A stretch of DNA of 64,000 bases from the NCBI GenBank assembly GCA_019057385.1, contig JAHQJS010000005.1:352799-416798 (forward strand), given 5' to 3'. Under the pieces are notes generated by a model that was given only the letters and a program-made list of their open reading frames with translations, made no database searches and had not been told where the DNA came from. Both the position numbers and the translations under genes were made by a program. Shown here piece after piece: positions 38,460 through 47,284 of the stretch; the stretch's first letter is position 1; the number at the start of each line of letters is the position of its first letter. This stretch comes from Candidatus Borrarchaeum weybense (GTDB lineage Archaea > Asgardarchaeota > Sifarchaeia > Borrarchaeales > Borrarchaeaceae).

Positions 38460-38863
38460 ATCTAGATTTATTATTATTGTTACTGAGTTATGAAAATTAA
38501 TAATCGCAAGAGATGAAAGTAAATAACACCGGTAATTATATACATAAATTTCTTATGAGTGCTAACGATACTAGGAATATGAAATCGCAATAGAGCAGGA
38601 GAATAGGGTTTTTTCAAGCGTAGATTTGCTTAACAATAACAAAGATACGTCTAAAAGAGTAATATCTCGCTAAATACAATCCCTTCCACCCATGCTCCAC
38701 GTTTGTCCCAGTTCCCCATGATTAGTCGCAACTGTTGATCCAATCGAAAAATTTTATTTTAAGAACGTCTAAAAGTATATGACCGAGTAAAGTATAAAAG
38801 TAACAAGAACGCATACATAGACTTATAAAAATTGCTCTAGATTCTCGAATCTTGATTCAATTT

Positions 38864-38917
38864 AAGTGCCAAGGAGGGGCGCAAAATAAGTGCCCAATCT
38901 AAGGGAGGGAGGACAAT
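38864..38917 (+). repeat. leader hairpin copy 9
   Basis: AAGTGCCAAGGAGGGGCGCAAAATAAGTGCCCAATCTAAGGGAGGGAGG before a non-V4R gene. Confidence 0.8.
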
Positions 38918-39643
38918 ATGAAAGTATTAGCATTCAACTGCAGTCCAAGTATGGACAAGGGAAACACAGCTCTGATCTTCAATCCCTTTGTTGAGGGGAT
39001 GAAGGAAGCTGGGGCTGAAGTCGAACTTTTCTACACGAACAAGCTCAAGATCAACTTTTGCACCGGGCAGGTTAATTGCTGGTTCAAGCATCCCGGAAAG
39101 TGCTATCAAGACGATGACATGAACATGCTCTACCCCAAACTACGCGAAGCGGACGTCTGGGTGTTCGCCACTCCGGTTTATTGGGACGGAGTCACCGGAC
39201 CGATGAAGACACTTATTGACCGAACGGCGCTCCCGCTTTTCGGGCCATTTTACGAGCTACGCGATGGTCATACGCGGACTATTTGGCGCGAAGGAACCAC
39301 GTCCACAAAAGTCGTGTTGGTATCCGTTGGTGGCCAGTGGGAGATGGACATCTTTGACCCGCTACTTGTCTACATGAAGGCCATGTGCAAGAACTCAAAC
39401 TTTGAATTCACAGGGGCTTTGCTGAGACCTCATACACATGCAGTGAAGCCTATGATAGAAAGTGGTGCTGTAAACGACATCTTCGAAGCGGCGAAAGAGG
39501 CTGGTCGCCAACTCGTGAAAAATGGTAAAATGTCCGCCGAAATCCTAAAGACCGTTAGCCGTGAACTTGTACCCCAGAAGCCGTATATGGAAGGGTTCAA
39601 TCAGTTTATCCAACAGATTCTAGACTCAATGAAGAAAGAATAG
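38918..39643 (+). CDS. flavodoxin family / iron-sulfur flavoprotein-like protein
   Basis: MKVLAFNCSP...GNT, C..Q..CW.....C.Q.DDM, FATPVYW..V.G.MK..IDR. Confidence 0.88.
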   Translation: MKVLAFNCSPSMDKGNTALIFNPFVEGMKEAGAEVELFYTNKLKINFCTGQVNCWFKHPGKCYQDDDMNMLYPKLREADVWVFATPVYWDGVTGPMKTLIDRTALPLFGPFYELRDGHTRTIWREGTTSTKVVLVSVGGQWEMDIFDPLLVYMKAMCKNSNFEFTGALLRPHTHAVKPMIESGAVNDIFEAAKEAGRQLVKNGKMSAEILKTVSRELVPQKPYMEGFNQFIQQILDSMKKE

Positions 39644-39657
39644 TATCGACGGATAGG

Positions 39658-40036
39658 GTCAACTACCCCACCCTAAAGGGTAGGTGCTTGGGAAACCAAG
39701 TTCCTTAGTTGATTAGAGGGCTTCCCTTTGTGGGAGCAGCAGTTGTTTAGGTCATGACACCCTGGGGTGCTCCACTAGCCCCTTGCTCTGTCGTCGGTGG
39801 TTAAAAGTCCTGAGGGGTAGGGACGGTGCTGCCGATGCCAAAAGCCTTTACAACAGCCTCGAAGTGGACCTACTTCCTTGGTGTTGGGAGCGGCGGGACT
39901 TGAGAGTACCCGTCATTAAAACACCACCCGAGGTTGGGTACACCAACCCCTGTCTCCGCAGAAAGGGTTGTGTGAACAACATCCGACCTCAATTCCTCTC
40001 CGCCCTAAAGGGCTGGAGTCTCCTTGAGGTAATCTT
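39658..40036 (+). ncRNA. orphan HEARO / IscB-type omega-RNA within a non-autonomous IS200/IS605 element
   Basis: Starts GTCAACTACCCCACCCTAAAGGG. Has HEARO-like core GACACCCTGGGGTGCTCCACTAGCCCC..CTCTGTC, GTTAAAAGTCCTGAGGGGTAGGGACGGTG, CTCGAAGTGGAC. Ends AATTCCTCTCCGCCCTAAAGGGCTGGAGTCTCCTTG..|ATGA. Confidence 0.85.
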
Positions 40037-40202
40037 ATGATGAGGGACTTAAGGCAAGTAATTCTAATATATCTTACACACATACGAAACTTATACCAAG
40101 ATTAGAACCCTACACGAATTTTTTATCGAGCTTAAGAATGAGTAATCATTTGGGACTAATACTCAAACGCTTGAACATCTAGATTAAGGGAAGGAGGAGA
40201 CA

Positions 40203-40679
40203 ATGGCTATGAAAATAACGATACCGTGGGAACTAAAATACAAATATGCTAGGGGAATGTTGACAACTCTGTTCAAAGGATTCATGTATGTGATCCGTGA
40301 GAGACATGGCGCGGCAGAAGCACTCGAAATACATCAACTGGTCAATAAAATGGATAATAGAATACAGAATATGATCCGCACACTTAAAGATGTTTTCAAA
40401 ATAGAGGAAAACGATATCGAAGCGCTTAGAAGTGTGTGGGAGATCTATCTGGACCTTACTGGGATTATAAGCACCACACTTGAGCAGTCTGAAAAACTTT
40501 GGAGACATAAAATTACTACCTGTGCCTGGGTAACAGAGCCCAAAGATCTCAGCGATTGGTGCTATAACTACTGTAGCCTTATGAACAAGTTCATAAATCC
40601 AAAGACGACCCTTGAGCGACCTAAAGCCATGTGTACAGGAGATTCAGAATGTGAATTTGTGGTTAAGATTGAAGAGTGA
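40203..40679 (+). CDS. V4R/ATC-like protein, subfamily B
   Basis: IPWELKY...TCAW.TEPKDLSDW...MCTGDSECE. Confidence 0.8.
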   Translation: MAMKITIPWELKYKYARGMLTTLFKGFMYVIRERHGAAEALEIHQLVNKMDNRIQNMIRTLKDVFKIEENDIEALRSVWEIYLDLTGIISTTLEQSEKLWRHKITTCAWVTEPKDLSDWCYNYCSLMNKFINPKTTLERPKAMCTGDSECEFVVKIEE

Positions 40680-40740
40680 CCCTTGCTCCTTATTATGAAA
40701 TATATCCAAAAATAGTACAAAAACAAACAATTTAGGGGAT

Positions 40741-41256
40741 ATGAGGGACTTGGCTAAGAAATTGCAGCCGCCTTGTGCGTCGCCCAAAAGAGGGCTACCT
40801 TGGGAACTAAAATATAACTATGTTAGAGGACAAATGACAACTCTGTTCAAAGGATTCCTATATGCAATTCGTGAAGAATATGGTGCTGCTGCCGCACTCA
40901 AAATTACTGAAAAGATGTGGAGATTTAAGGATAGAGTAAAAAACATGATAAATACATTCTTAAGCGTTTTCGAAATACAGGGAAACGATCTTGAAAAATT
41001 AGCGGAGTTTTGGGACGTCTATTGGGAGATTCAAGGATCTGAGGCCATTATACTTGAGCGATCTAAAACAATTAATAGAACTAAAATCACGAAATGTCCA
41101 TGGAGTACACCAGATCCCAAAGATATCAGCGGCTGGTGCGAAATCTGGGCAAATATTGTTAGCGAGAGTATAAATCCCAAAATTTCCACTAAACGACTTA
41201 AAGGAATGTGTGCAGGGGATCCGTATTGTGAATACGTTTGGAGAATAGAAGACTGA
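40741..41256 (+). CDS. V4R/ATC-like protein, subfamily B
   Basis: LPWELKY...TKCPW...DISGW...MCAGDPYCE; start may be TTG 40750. Confidence 0.8.
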   Translation: MRDLAKKLQPPCASPKRGLPWELKYNYVRGQMTTLFKGFLYAIREEYGAAAALKITEKMWRFKDRVKNMINTFLSVFEIQGNDLEKLAEFWDVYWEIQGSEAIILERSKTINRTKITKCPWSTPDPKDISGWCEIWANIVSESINPKISTKRLKGMCAGDPYCEYVWRIED

Positions 41257-41328
41257 ATCAAACATTTCAAAATCGTTCTCTAAAGTTGTCGGATATAGTA
41301 AACTCAGATTGAGGGAGAGGAGGAGACT

Positions 41329-41805
41329 ATGACTGAGAAAATATCGATACCTTTGTTATTAAAACATGATTTTACCTTGAGAGCTTATTCATCTATCGTC
41401 AAAGGATTTTTATACGCGATCCGCGAGAAACATGGTGGAAACGAAGCGCTGGAAACTTACGTAAGGGTCTGCACAATGGATGATAGAATAAAGAATCTTA
41501 CAAATGCACTTCTAGATATCTTCCAACTAAAGGGGAGTGATGCTGAAACAATAGGAAAGTGGTTTGAAGTCTGGTTTGAACTCACTGCATTTGAATATGC
41601 TACACTTGAGCGGTCTAAGACAAGTAGTAGAGTTAAAGTCACCAAATGTCCGTTCAAAACTGAGCCCAAAGATCTCAGTGACTGGGCTTTAATCTTCACA
41701 AATCTTGTTTCAAAGACCATAAATCCAAAAGCTACAGTTGAACGCCCTAAAGCAATGTGTGCTGGGGATTCCTATTGCGAATACATTTGGAAAATAGAAG
41801 AATGA
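41329..41805 (+). CDS. V4R/ATC-like protein, subfamily B
   Basis: TKCPFKTEPKDLSDW...MCAGDSYCE. Confidence 0.8.
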   Translation: MTEKISIPLLLKHDFTLRAYSSIVKGFLYAIREKHGGNEALETYVRVCTMDDRIKNLTNALLDIFQLKGSDAETIGKWFEVWFELTAFEYATLERSKTSSRVKVTKCPFKTEPKDLSDWALIFTNLVSKTINPKATVERPKAMCAGDSYCEYIWKIEE

Positions 41806-41827
41806 AACTGCAGTAAGAGTGTCAGCA

Positions 41828-43543
41828 TTATAGCGTAAAGTAGAAGGTTGCGCCTTTTTCTACTTCCCCTTCAGCCCAGACACTGCCGCCATGACGATGA
41901 ATGATGCGCTTCACTGTAGCTAGGCCAATGCCGATTCCTTTGAAATCATCCGTTGAATGAAGGCGTTGGAAAGCACCAAATAATTTATCGGCATAGGCTT
42001 TATCGAATCCCGCTCCGTTATCGCGGACAAAATACGCAGTTTCACCATCATTTGCTATAGCACCGAATTCTATCCGTGCAATTGGTTTTTTCCCAGTAAA
42101 TTTCCATGAATTACCAAGAAGATTTTCCAGCACTGCACGAAGAAGCCGAGGATCACAATCTGAGGTAAGTCCTGGTGTGATAATAAATTTCACCTGACGC
42201 TCAGGTTCAGTTTCTTGGAGCTCCATCGCGATTTCTTGTGCAATTTCACTTAAGTCGACAGTTTCATAGCGTAACTCGCTTCGTGTAATCCGGGAAAGTC
42301 CTAACAAAGCATCTATGAGTTCGCTCATGCGTATGCTTGCCGTACGTACACGTTGTAGATAATCTTGTCCTTCTCGATCTAGTAAATCTAAATAATCCTC
42401 AAGTAGCGCTTGGCTGAAGCCGCTAATGCTTCTAAGCGGAGCACGGAGATCATGCGAGACGGAATAACTAAAAGTTTCTAGTTCTTTGTTGAGGGCCTCA
42501 AGTTCAATAGCTCTTTGCTTCAAATCTTCATTCAATTTAAAGATTTCCTGCTCCGCCCGCTTGCGCTCGGTTATGTCACGAGTGATGCCCCAAACTCCTA
42601 TGGATTTGCCTTCTTCATCTTTGATGAGCCATGTTCTTAACGAGATAGGGATGTGTGTTCCATCTTTCTTGATAGATTCTATTTCGTACACATCCGAATA
42701 GCCCCGAGGAATTGTTTGTTCTTCAAGCATTTTTTCTATCGTGTCATGCCATTTTCTAGGAATGAATTCTCGAAAGCCCTTGTGATATAGTTCTTCTTTT
42801 AGATACCCATGCATATCCGCAAGGGCCTGGTTGCATTCGAAAATGAATCCTTCCATATCTATAGAGACGATGCCGTCTATAGAGGATTCATACAAGCCTC
42901 GATAGCGCTTCTCTGACTCTTTAAGCTCTAAGGTCCTCTCTTCTACGAGTCTTTCCAGGTTCTCAGTATAATCGGTCAGTTTCGTCATCCATTCGCTTGA
43001 ACTCATCCACTCGCCAATGCTCAATTCTTCATCGGTTCGTTTTCGCTCAGTAACATCATGAATATAATCGGTCAATTTCCCCATCCATTCTCCTGAACTC
43101 ATCCACTCGCCAATGCTCAATTCTTCATCCGCACGTTTGCTCTTAGGCCTCTCACGAACAACACCTTGATATCCTAAGATGCTGCCGTCAGCAGCCCGCC
43201 GTACAGTTGAAGTGAGAAGACAGCTAAACTCTGTCCCGTCTTTTTTGCGGAATTTTACCTCATAGTCTTTAACTGACCCTTTTTGCTCTATTTCCTGCTG
43301 AAACTTGCGTCGGTCACTGGGGTTAATATAAAACTCCAAAATATTCAGATTGAGCATCTCTTCTTTGGTATATCCCATCAAATCCAGACTGGCTTGGTTT
43401 ACATCTATGATTTTGCCGTCTCTGTCTACAATGTAGATCGCGTCTTTGGACTCCTCAAAAAAAGTGCGGTATCTCTCCTCACTATCACGAAGTGACTCAT
43501 CTGGCTGCTTCTGCTCGTTGGCATCAGGATTTTGATTTACCAT
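41828..43543 (-). CDS. PAS-PAS sensor histidine kinase
   Basis: Two PAS/PAC domains, H-box [36 protein letters not shown]. Confidence 0.93.
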   Translation of the reverse strand: MVNQNPDANEQKQPDESLRDSEERYRTFFEESKDAIYIVDRDGKIIDVNQASLDLMGYTKEEMLNLNILEFYINPSDRRKFQQEIEQKGSVKDYEVKFRKKDGTEFSCLLTSTVRRAADGSILGYQGVVRERPKSKRADEELSIGEWMSSGEWMGKLTDYIHDVTERKRTDEELSIGEWMSSSEWMTKLTDYTENLERLVEERTLELKESEKRYRGLYESSIDGIVSIDMEGFIFECNQALADMHGYLKEELYHKGFREFIPRKWHDTIEKMLEEQTIPRGYSDVYEIESIKKDGTHIPISLRTWLIKDEEGKSIGVWGITRDITERKRAEQEIFKLNEDLKQRAIELEALNKELETFSYSVSHDLRAPLRSISGFSQALLEDYLDLLDREGQDYLQRVRTASIRMSELIDALLGLSRITRSELRYETVDLSEIAQEIAMELQETEPERQVKFIITPGLTSDCDPRLLRAVLENLLGNSWKFTGKKPIARIEFGAIANDGETAYFVRDNGAGFDKAYADKLFGAFQRLHSTDDFKGIGIGLATVKRIIHRHGGSVWAEGEVEKGATFYFTL

Positions 43544-43697
43544 GTACCTACCCCTCCTAGAGTAGAAATACCAACAAAGATTCTCCTAATGTGAAAATAC
43601 CAAAGAGGACTAAAGGACCTTCTTCCTATGCTCCAAATATTATCTAAAACGTTGACATATTAATCTGTTTGATTTAATCGTGAGTTTACTTTTCAGT

Positions 43698-44627
43698 CTA
43701 TTTGACAGTTTCTTTCAAGTTCCATATCGACATTCCTGAGACCGTAGCATCGGTTTCCACAGGTCTGTACCACTGTTTTTTAGTTCCAACTTTTGCTCTT
43801 GCCTTCCAACGCATGCCCTTCGGCACAGCTTCTATAATTTCAAGAAGTTTATCAATCTTGGCGCTGATATTGGTTATATCTGACTCTGACAGAGCATCAA
43901 TACCTGGTGCAAATTCTTTAATTCCCTTGAGATTTTCTGTCACAGAATAATAGAAACCCCAGTCTTTTGCCATGAGCTCGGATATGTATGTCGCATTGAT
44001 AGCATTCTCTTCTATTCCTTCCTGGACATCATGAGCCCTAAGCAGAAGGATCGAATCCTTCAGATCTTTGCCACTGAAAACCTCAGTAATTTGCAGTTTT
44101 CCAAGTAGCAAATCACTAACACTGATGGTCAACGGATCGATTTCGAGCCGATCTTTGAAGTGAATATCGTGATTAAATTTTAGAATTTCATAAAACATAT
44201 CAATAAAATACCATCCCTTTGGATGATAGAAAATATGTCGCTTCGTAGTTGCGCTGGAGATAGTGGTTCGTCGCTTTATGAAAGGTTTGCCATAAACTTG
44301 GTTTCCATAGTCCTCGAAAAAACGAGGTATTGTTTTTTTCTGATATTTACTATAGGTCATGAAATCCAAATCAGTGAATTCCTGTTCACCTTCTAGCCTC
44401 GTTAACTTCTTAGCTAATTCATCAAATTCACCTGAATGCATCCTAATTCCCATGCCGCCAATGACTCTGATAATTATATTACGCTTTTGCGCTTCTTCTA
44501 CAATTTGTTTAGCATTTTGAAAAAACACTTCTGTGGGAACAATTCCTCCCCATTCCTCTGGCATTTCAACCTCGATTTCGTCCATTCCCATTAACCAAAC
44601 CATAACCTTCCCTCTTGAATTCGTCAT
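43698..44627 (-). CDS. hypothetical protein, nucleotidyltransferase-like motif
   Basis: IGG.G...H and TDLDF motifs; true start may be 44603 or 44591. Confidence 0.6.
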   Translation of the reverse strand: MTNSRGKVMVWLMGMDEIEVEMPEEWGGIVPTEVFFQNAKQIVEEAQKRNIIIRVIGGMGIRMHSGEFDELAKKLTRLEGEQEFTDLDFMTYSKYQKKTIPRFFEDYGNQVYGKPFIKRRTTISSATTKRHIFYHPKGWYFIDMFYEILKFNHDIHFKDRLEIDPLTISVSDLLLGKLQITEVFSGKDLKDSILLLRAHDVQEGIEENAINATYISELMAKDWGFYYSVTENLKGIKEFAPGIDALSESDITNISAKIDKLLEIIEAVPKGMRWKARAKVGTKKQWYRPVETDATVSGMSIWNLKETVK

Positions 44628-44662
44628 TCGTCATATATGCCAGATTAATGTAATATATTACT

Positions 44663-46192
44663 TCACATTAAAACCTTGTGATTATTTATAAAACTCCACG
44701 TTTTATGATAATCATCAATCTTTCCGTAAGAGGAAAGACCATCCTTAAGGTTATCGGGCTGTGTGCTCGTCACCGAGTTCAACACATGCGTCATCACTAC
44801 TATTTTTTTCAGTAGTTCGGTAGTCTTGCAGGAGGTTATCCCGCTGTGCTTGAAGAGGTCATGGATCATCGACCATTTACGGTAAGGACTGCCCTGTTTC
44901 ACACGGGGCTCGATGAACTCCCCGACGTGTGAGAGCACCCAATCGTAAATGGCTGGAAATGCTTCCTTGAAACCCAAGCCTCTTCGAGCTATTACATAAC
45001 TTGCTAAATGATGTGTTGACAAATTATGTAATCGTGAATACTTGTATTTCCCGATGAGGGAGGTATATCCGGCAAAGACTTTTCGGAAGGACACACCGCG
45101 CTTTTTGCACTTTCTCTCTAATAATTGTAAGGCGGTGGTCTTCAAATTGCTTACTTTTCGGTTGCGTGTTGTATTATAGGAAAATTCTTGGTCGAATTGT
45201 AAGTCCTCGACCACGATGCCTTTGCCTTTATTGATGCAATAATTGACGATCTTATCCATCTTGTAGGAGATATAATCTTTACGTTTGTCTGTCCGATAGC
45301 TGTGAAGGTTTCCAAACGAGATGCTATGATAGGAGAGTAAATTGCCGTTGTTATCCACATTGGTTAACGCCACAAAATTGTAGTTGAAATCTAATCCGAT
45401 GGCACCATGTTCGTAGCCGTAAATTGGTGTGGGTTCTGGGAGGTCATAGGACACATGAGCAAAGTAACGTACTTCCCCTTTAAAGAGCTGTCTTTTTACG
45501 GTTACTGTATATTTGTCAGCTTTAAGAATTTCATGAAAGCATTTCTCCTGCACATGATTGACAGATATAGGGATGGTCAGCCATTTGCGTCCCTTTTGCT
45601 TGGAAACAGTTCGTATCTTGACGGTTTTATCGGGTAAAACCTTGATGTTCACGTTTTTCAATCTGTATTGTTTCTTTCCGATACACCTGAAGGAAGAATC
45701 CCGTCGTATCTTGAACTCTTCTCTACTTATGTTGCCAAGAATTCGGTCTCTAAATAATTTCTTAGTGCCAAACACTACGGGTGTAAGCTGTAAATTGTGC
45801 AATTTAGCCATTATGGAAGATCTGCGAGCGTATAAGCCATTTAGCCGTCTGTCGTGTGTATTGTACTCCTTTATTTTGTTGATTTTCTTGTTAATGGTTT
45901 TTAGCTGTTTGGTCATGTAGTTCCGTCGTTTTTCCAGCCATGTGTGTTGTGCATCCAGTTTCGCCTTGTTATCAATCAAGATGGTGTTAACATAGGCGTT
46001 ATTATGACATAGACTCATCAAACACCGCTGGATAGTTTTTACTTCACCAAATCGTTCCGTTATGTGGTCCTCGCCATGAAACAGCAGGTTATACCCAATC
46101 CTTTTCACTCGGTTATAGATAGTGAAGATTTCATTTAGGGCGTATTCCTGTTTTTTGTCGGGATAGATACGAAATTTAACAGTTTGGATCAT
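44663..46192 (-). CDS. TnpB-like (IS200/IS605 accessory) RuvC protein
   Basis: N-terminal KFRIYP, RuvC-I GLDFN, RuvC-II VVEDL, AGYTS.IG..KY...STH.LASYVIARRGLG; no Zn finger. Confidence 0.85.
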   Translation of the reverse strand: MIQTVKFRIYPDKKQEYALNEIFTIYNRVKRIGYNLLFHGEDHITERFGEVKTIQRCLMSLCHNNAYVNTILIDNKAKLDAQHTWLEKRRNYMTKQLKTINKKINKIKEYNTHDRRLNGLYARRSSIMAKLHNLQLTPVVFGTKKLFRDRILGNISREEFKIRRDSSFRCIGKKQYRLKNVNIKVLPDKTVKIRTVSKQKGRKWLTIPISVNHVQEKCFHEILKADKYTVTVKRQLFKGEVRYFAHVSYDLPEPTPIYGYEHGAIGLDFNYNFVALTNVDNNGNLLSYHSISFGNLHSYRTDKRKDYISYKMDKIVNYCINKGKGIVVEDLQFDQEFSYNTTRNRKVSNLKTTALQLLERKCKKRGVSFRKVFAGYTSLIGKYKYSRLHNLSTHHLASYVIARRGLGFKEAFPAIYDWVLSHVGEFIEPRVKQGSPYRKWSMIHDLFKHSGITSCKTTELLKKIVVMTHVLNSVTSTQPDNLKDGLSSYGKIDDYHKTWSFINNHKVLM

Positions 46193-46399
46193 TGTGTTTC
46201 TTCCTTAACTTCCCCTACAGTCTTTTTTTGGCGTTATCAGAAAATTATTATACAATATTATATATGTAATTTCTGGTTTATATAGTTTTTGATGTTTATA
46301 AAAGCGATAAAATTTCAAACGTTCCTTTATATTATATACATGGTATTTGGGTAATGTTTTTAAACAGTATAGTCTATATAGTTATTCAGGGAATGGAAT

Positions 46400-46618
46400 A
46401 TGAAACGGTCATTGCTTGAGATCGTAAAAACACTTTTTGACACGCTTGATGAAAATGGATCAAATCCGTTTATTCGCACTAAAGAGATCGTTGAGAAAAC
46501 AGGAATAAGTCATCGCTCTCTAAAGCCACTGGTCGAATTGATTCAGTTTATTCAAGAACAAAGACCTCTCAAATTTATCCAACAATCGCCAAGGGTAACA
46601 CTGTATTTCCTTGAGTAA
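46400..46618 (+). CDS. small winged-HTH-like protein
   Basis: RTKEIVEKTGISHRSL HTH-like segment; divergent from the TnpB-like gene. Confidence 0.6.
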   Translation: MKRSLLEIVKTLFDTLDENGSNPFIRTKEIVEKTGISHRSLKPLVELIQFIQEQRPLKFIQQSPRVTLYFLE

Positions 46619-46853
46619 GGAATATTTGTTTAAAAGGAAAATATGCAATCAAAGCTGGTTTTAAAGGCAATCACAACTCGTTATTACCTTAATTCTTTTA
46701 AATTACTCTTTATACAGTTACGGCGCTATATAACATCCCTTTCAACGCTGTGCCATAATATTCTGCTCTCATCGGGAATTATAACTGTTACCGTCCAATC
46801 CCTTCACATTAAAATAAATTTGCAAAAATAGAAGTAAAAAATCAAGGAAGTTA

Positions 46854-47126
46854 TTAGTCTTTACCGGTGCACTCGTTAACAAACTTCAAAACAGCATCCC
46901 CGAGAAGCTCACCTGTATCAGAAATCATATCCTTTGCGCGCAGAATATCATCTCCGATGCGTAACGCCGGGAGTGCAAAGATGTCTTTCATCAAAGCTTC
47001 AACTTTATGGTCTGGGTTCTCTTGAATGTTTAATGGGTTATAGGATAGGCCTTTTTCTTCTAAAAATGCTTTTAGTTTTTTACAGTTTGGACACACATTT
47101 TCTTCAAAGATTTCTATTTTGGTCAT
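46854..47126 (-). CDS. glutaredoxin/NrdH-like redoxin
   Basis: CPNC active site and ALP cis-Pro loop. Confidence 0.85.
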   Translation of the reverse strand: MTKIEIFEENVCPNCKKLKAFLEEKGLSYNPLNIQENPDHKVEALMKDIFALPALRIGDDILRAKDMISDTGELLGDAVLKFVNECTGKD

Positions 47127-47284
47127 ATTATCTCAGCTCGTTAGACTTGTTAAAATTTGGATATTGTGATAAACCATATTTAAACTTGGATATTATGATA
47201 AGTAATTTTCCATTTAGACCTGAAAATTTATGTAAAATGTGAACATAAAGCGTAAGACTGCTAATATATAGAGAGTGTATCGCA

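Larger units (their letters stand above)
44661..46814 (-). mobile_element. putative ~2.15-kb inserted element (TnpB-like + small HTH) bounded by 13-bp direct repeats
   Basis: CTTCACATTAAAA at 44661-44673 and 46802-46814. Confidence 0.45.

Noticed and set aside
39783-40040. 85-aa ORF
   Set aside because: It lies wholly inside the HEARO-like structured element and has no IscB motifs.
7068-41805. Diversity-generating retroelement driving V4R variation
   Set aside because: No reverse transcriptase and no TR/VR pair with adenine-specific mismatches.
46643-46831. 62-aa ORF
   Set aside because: No motif, and it crosses the putative element boundary; likely spurious.
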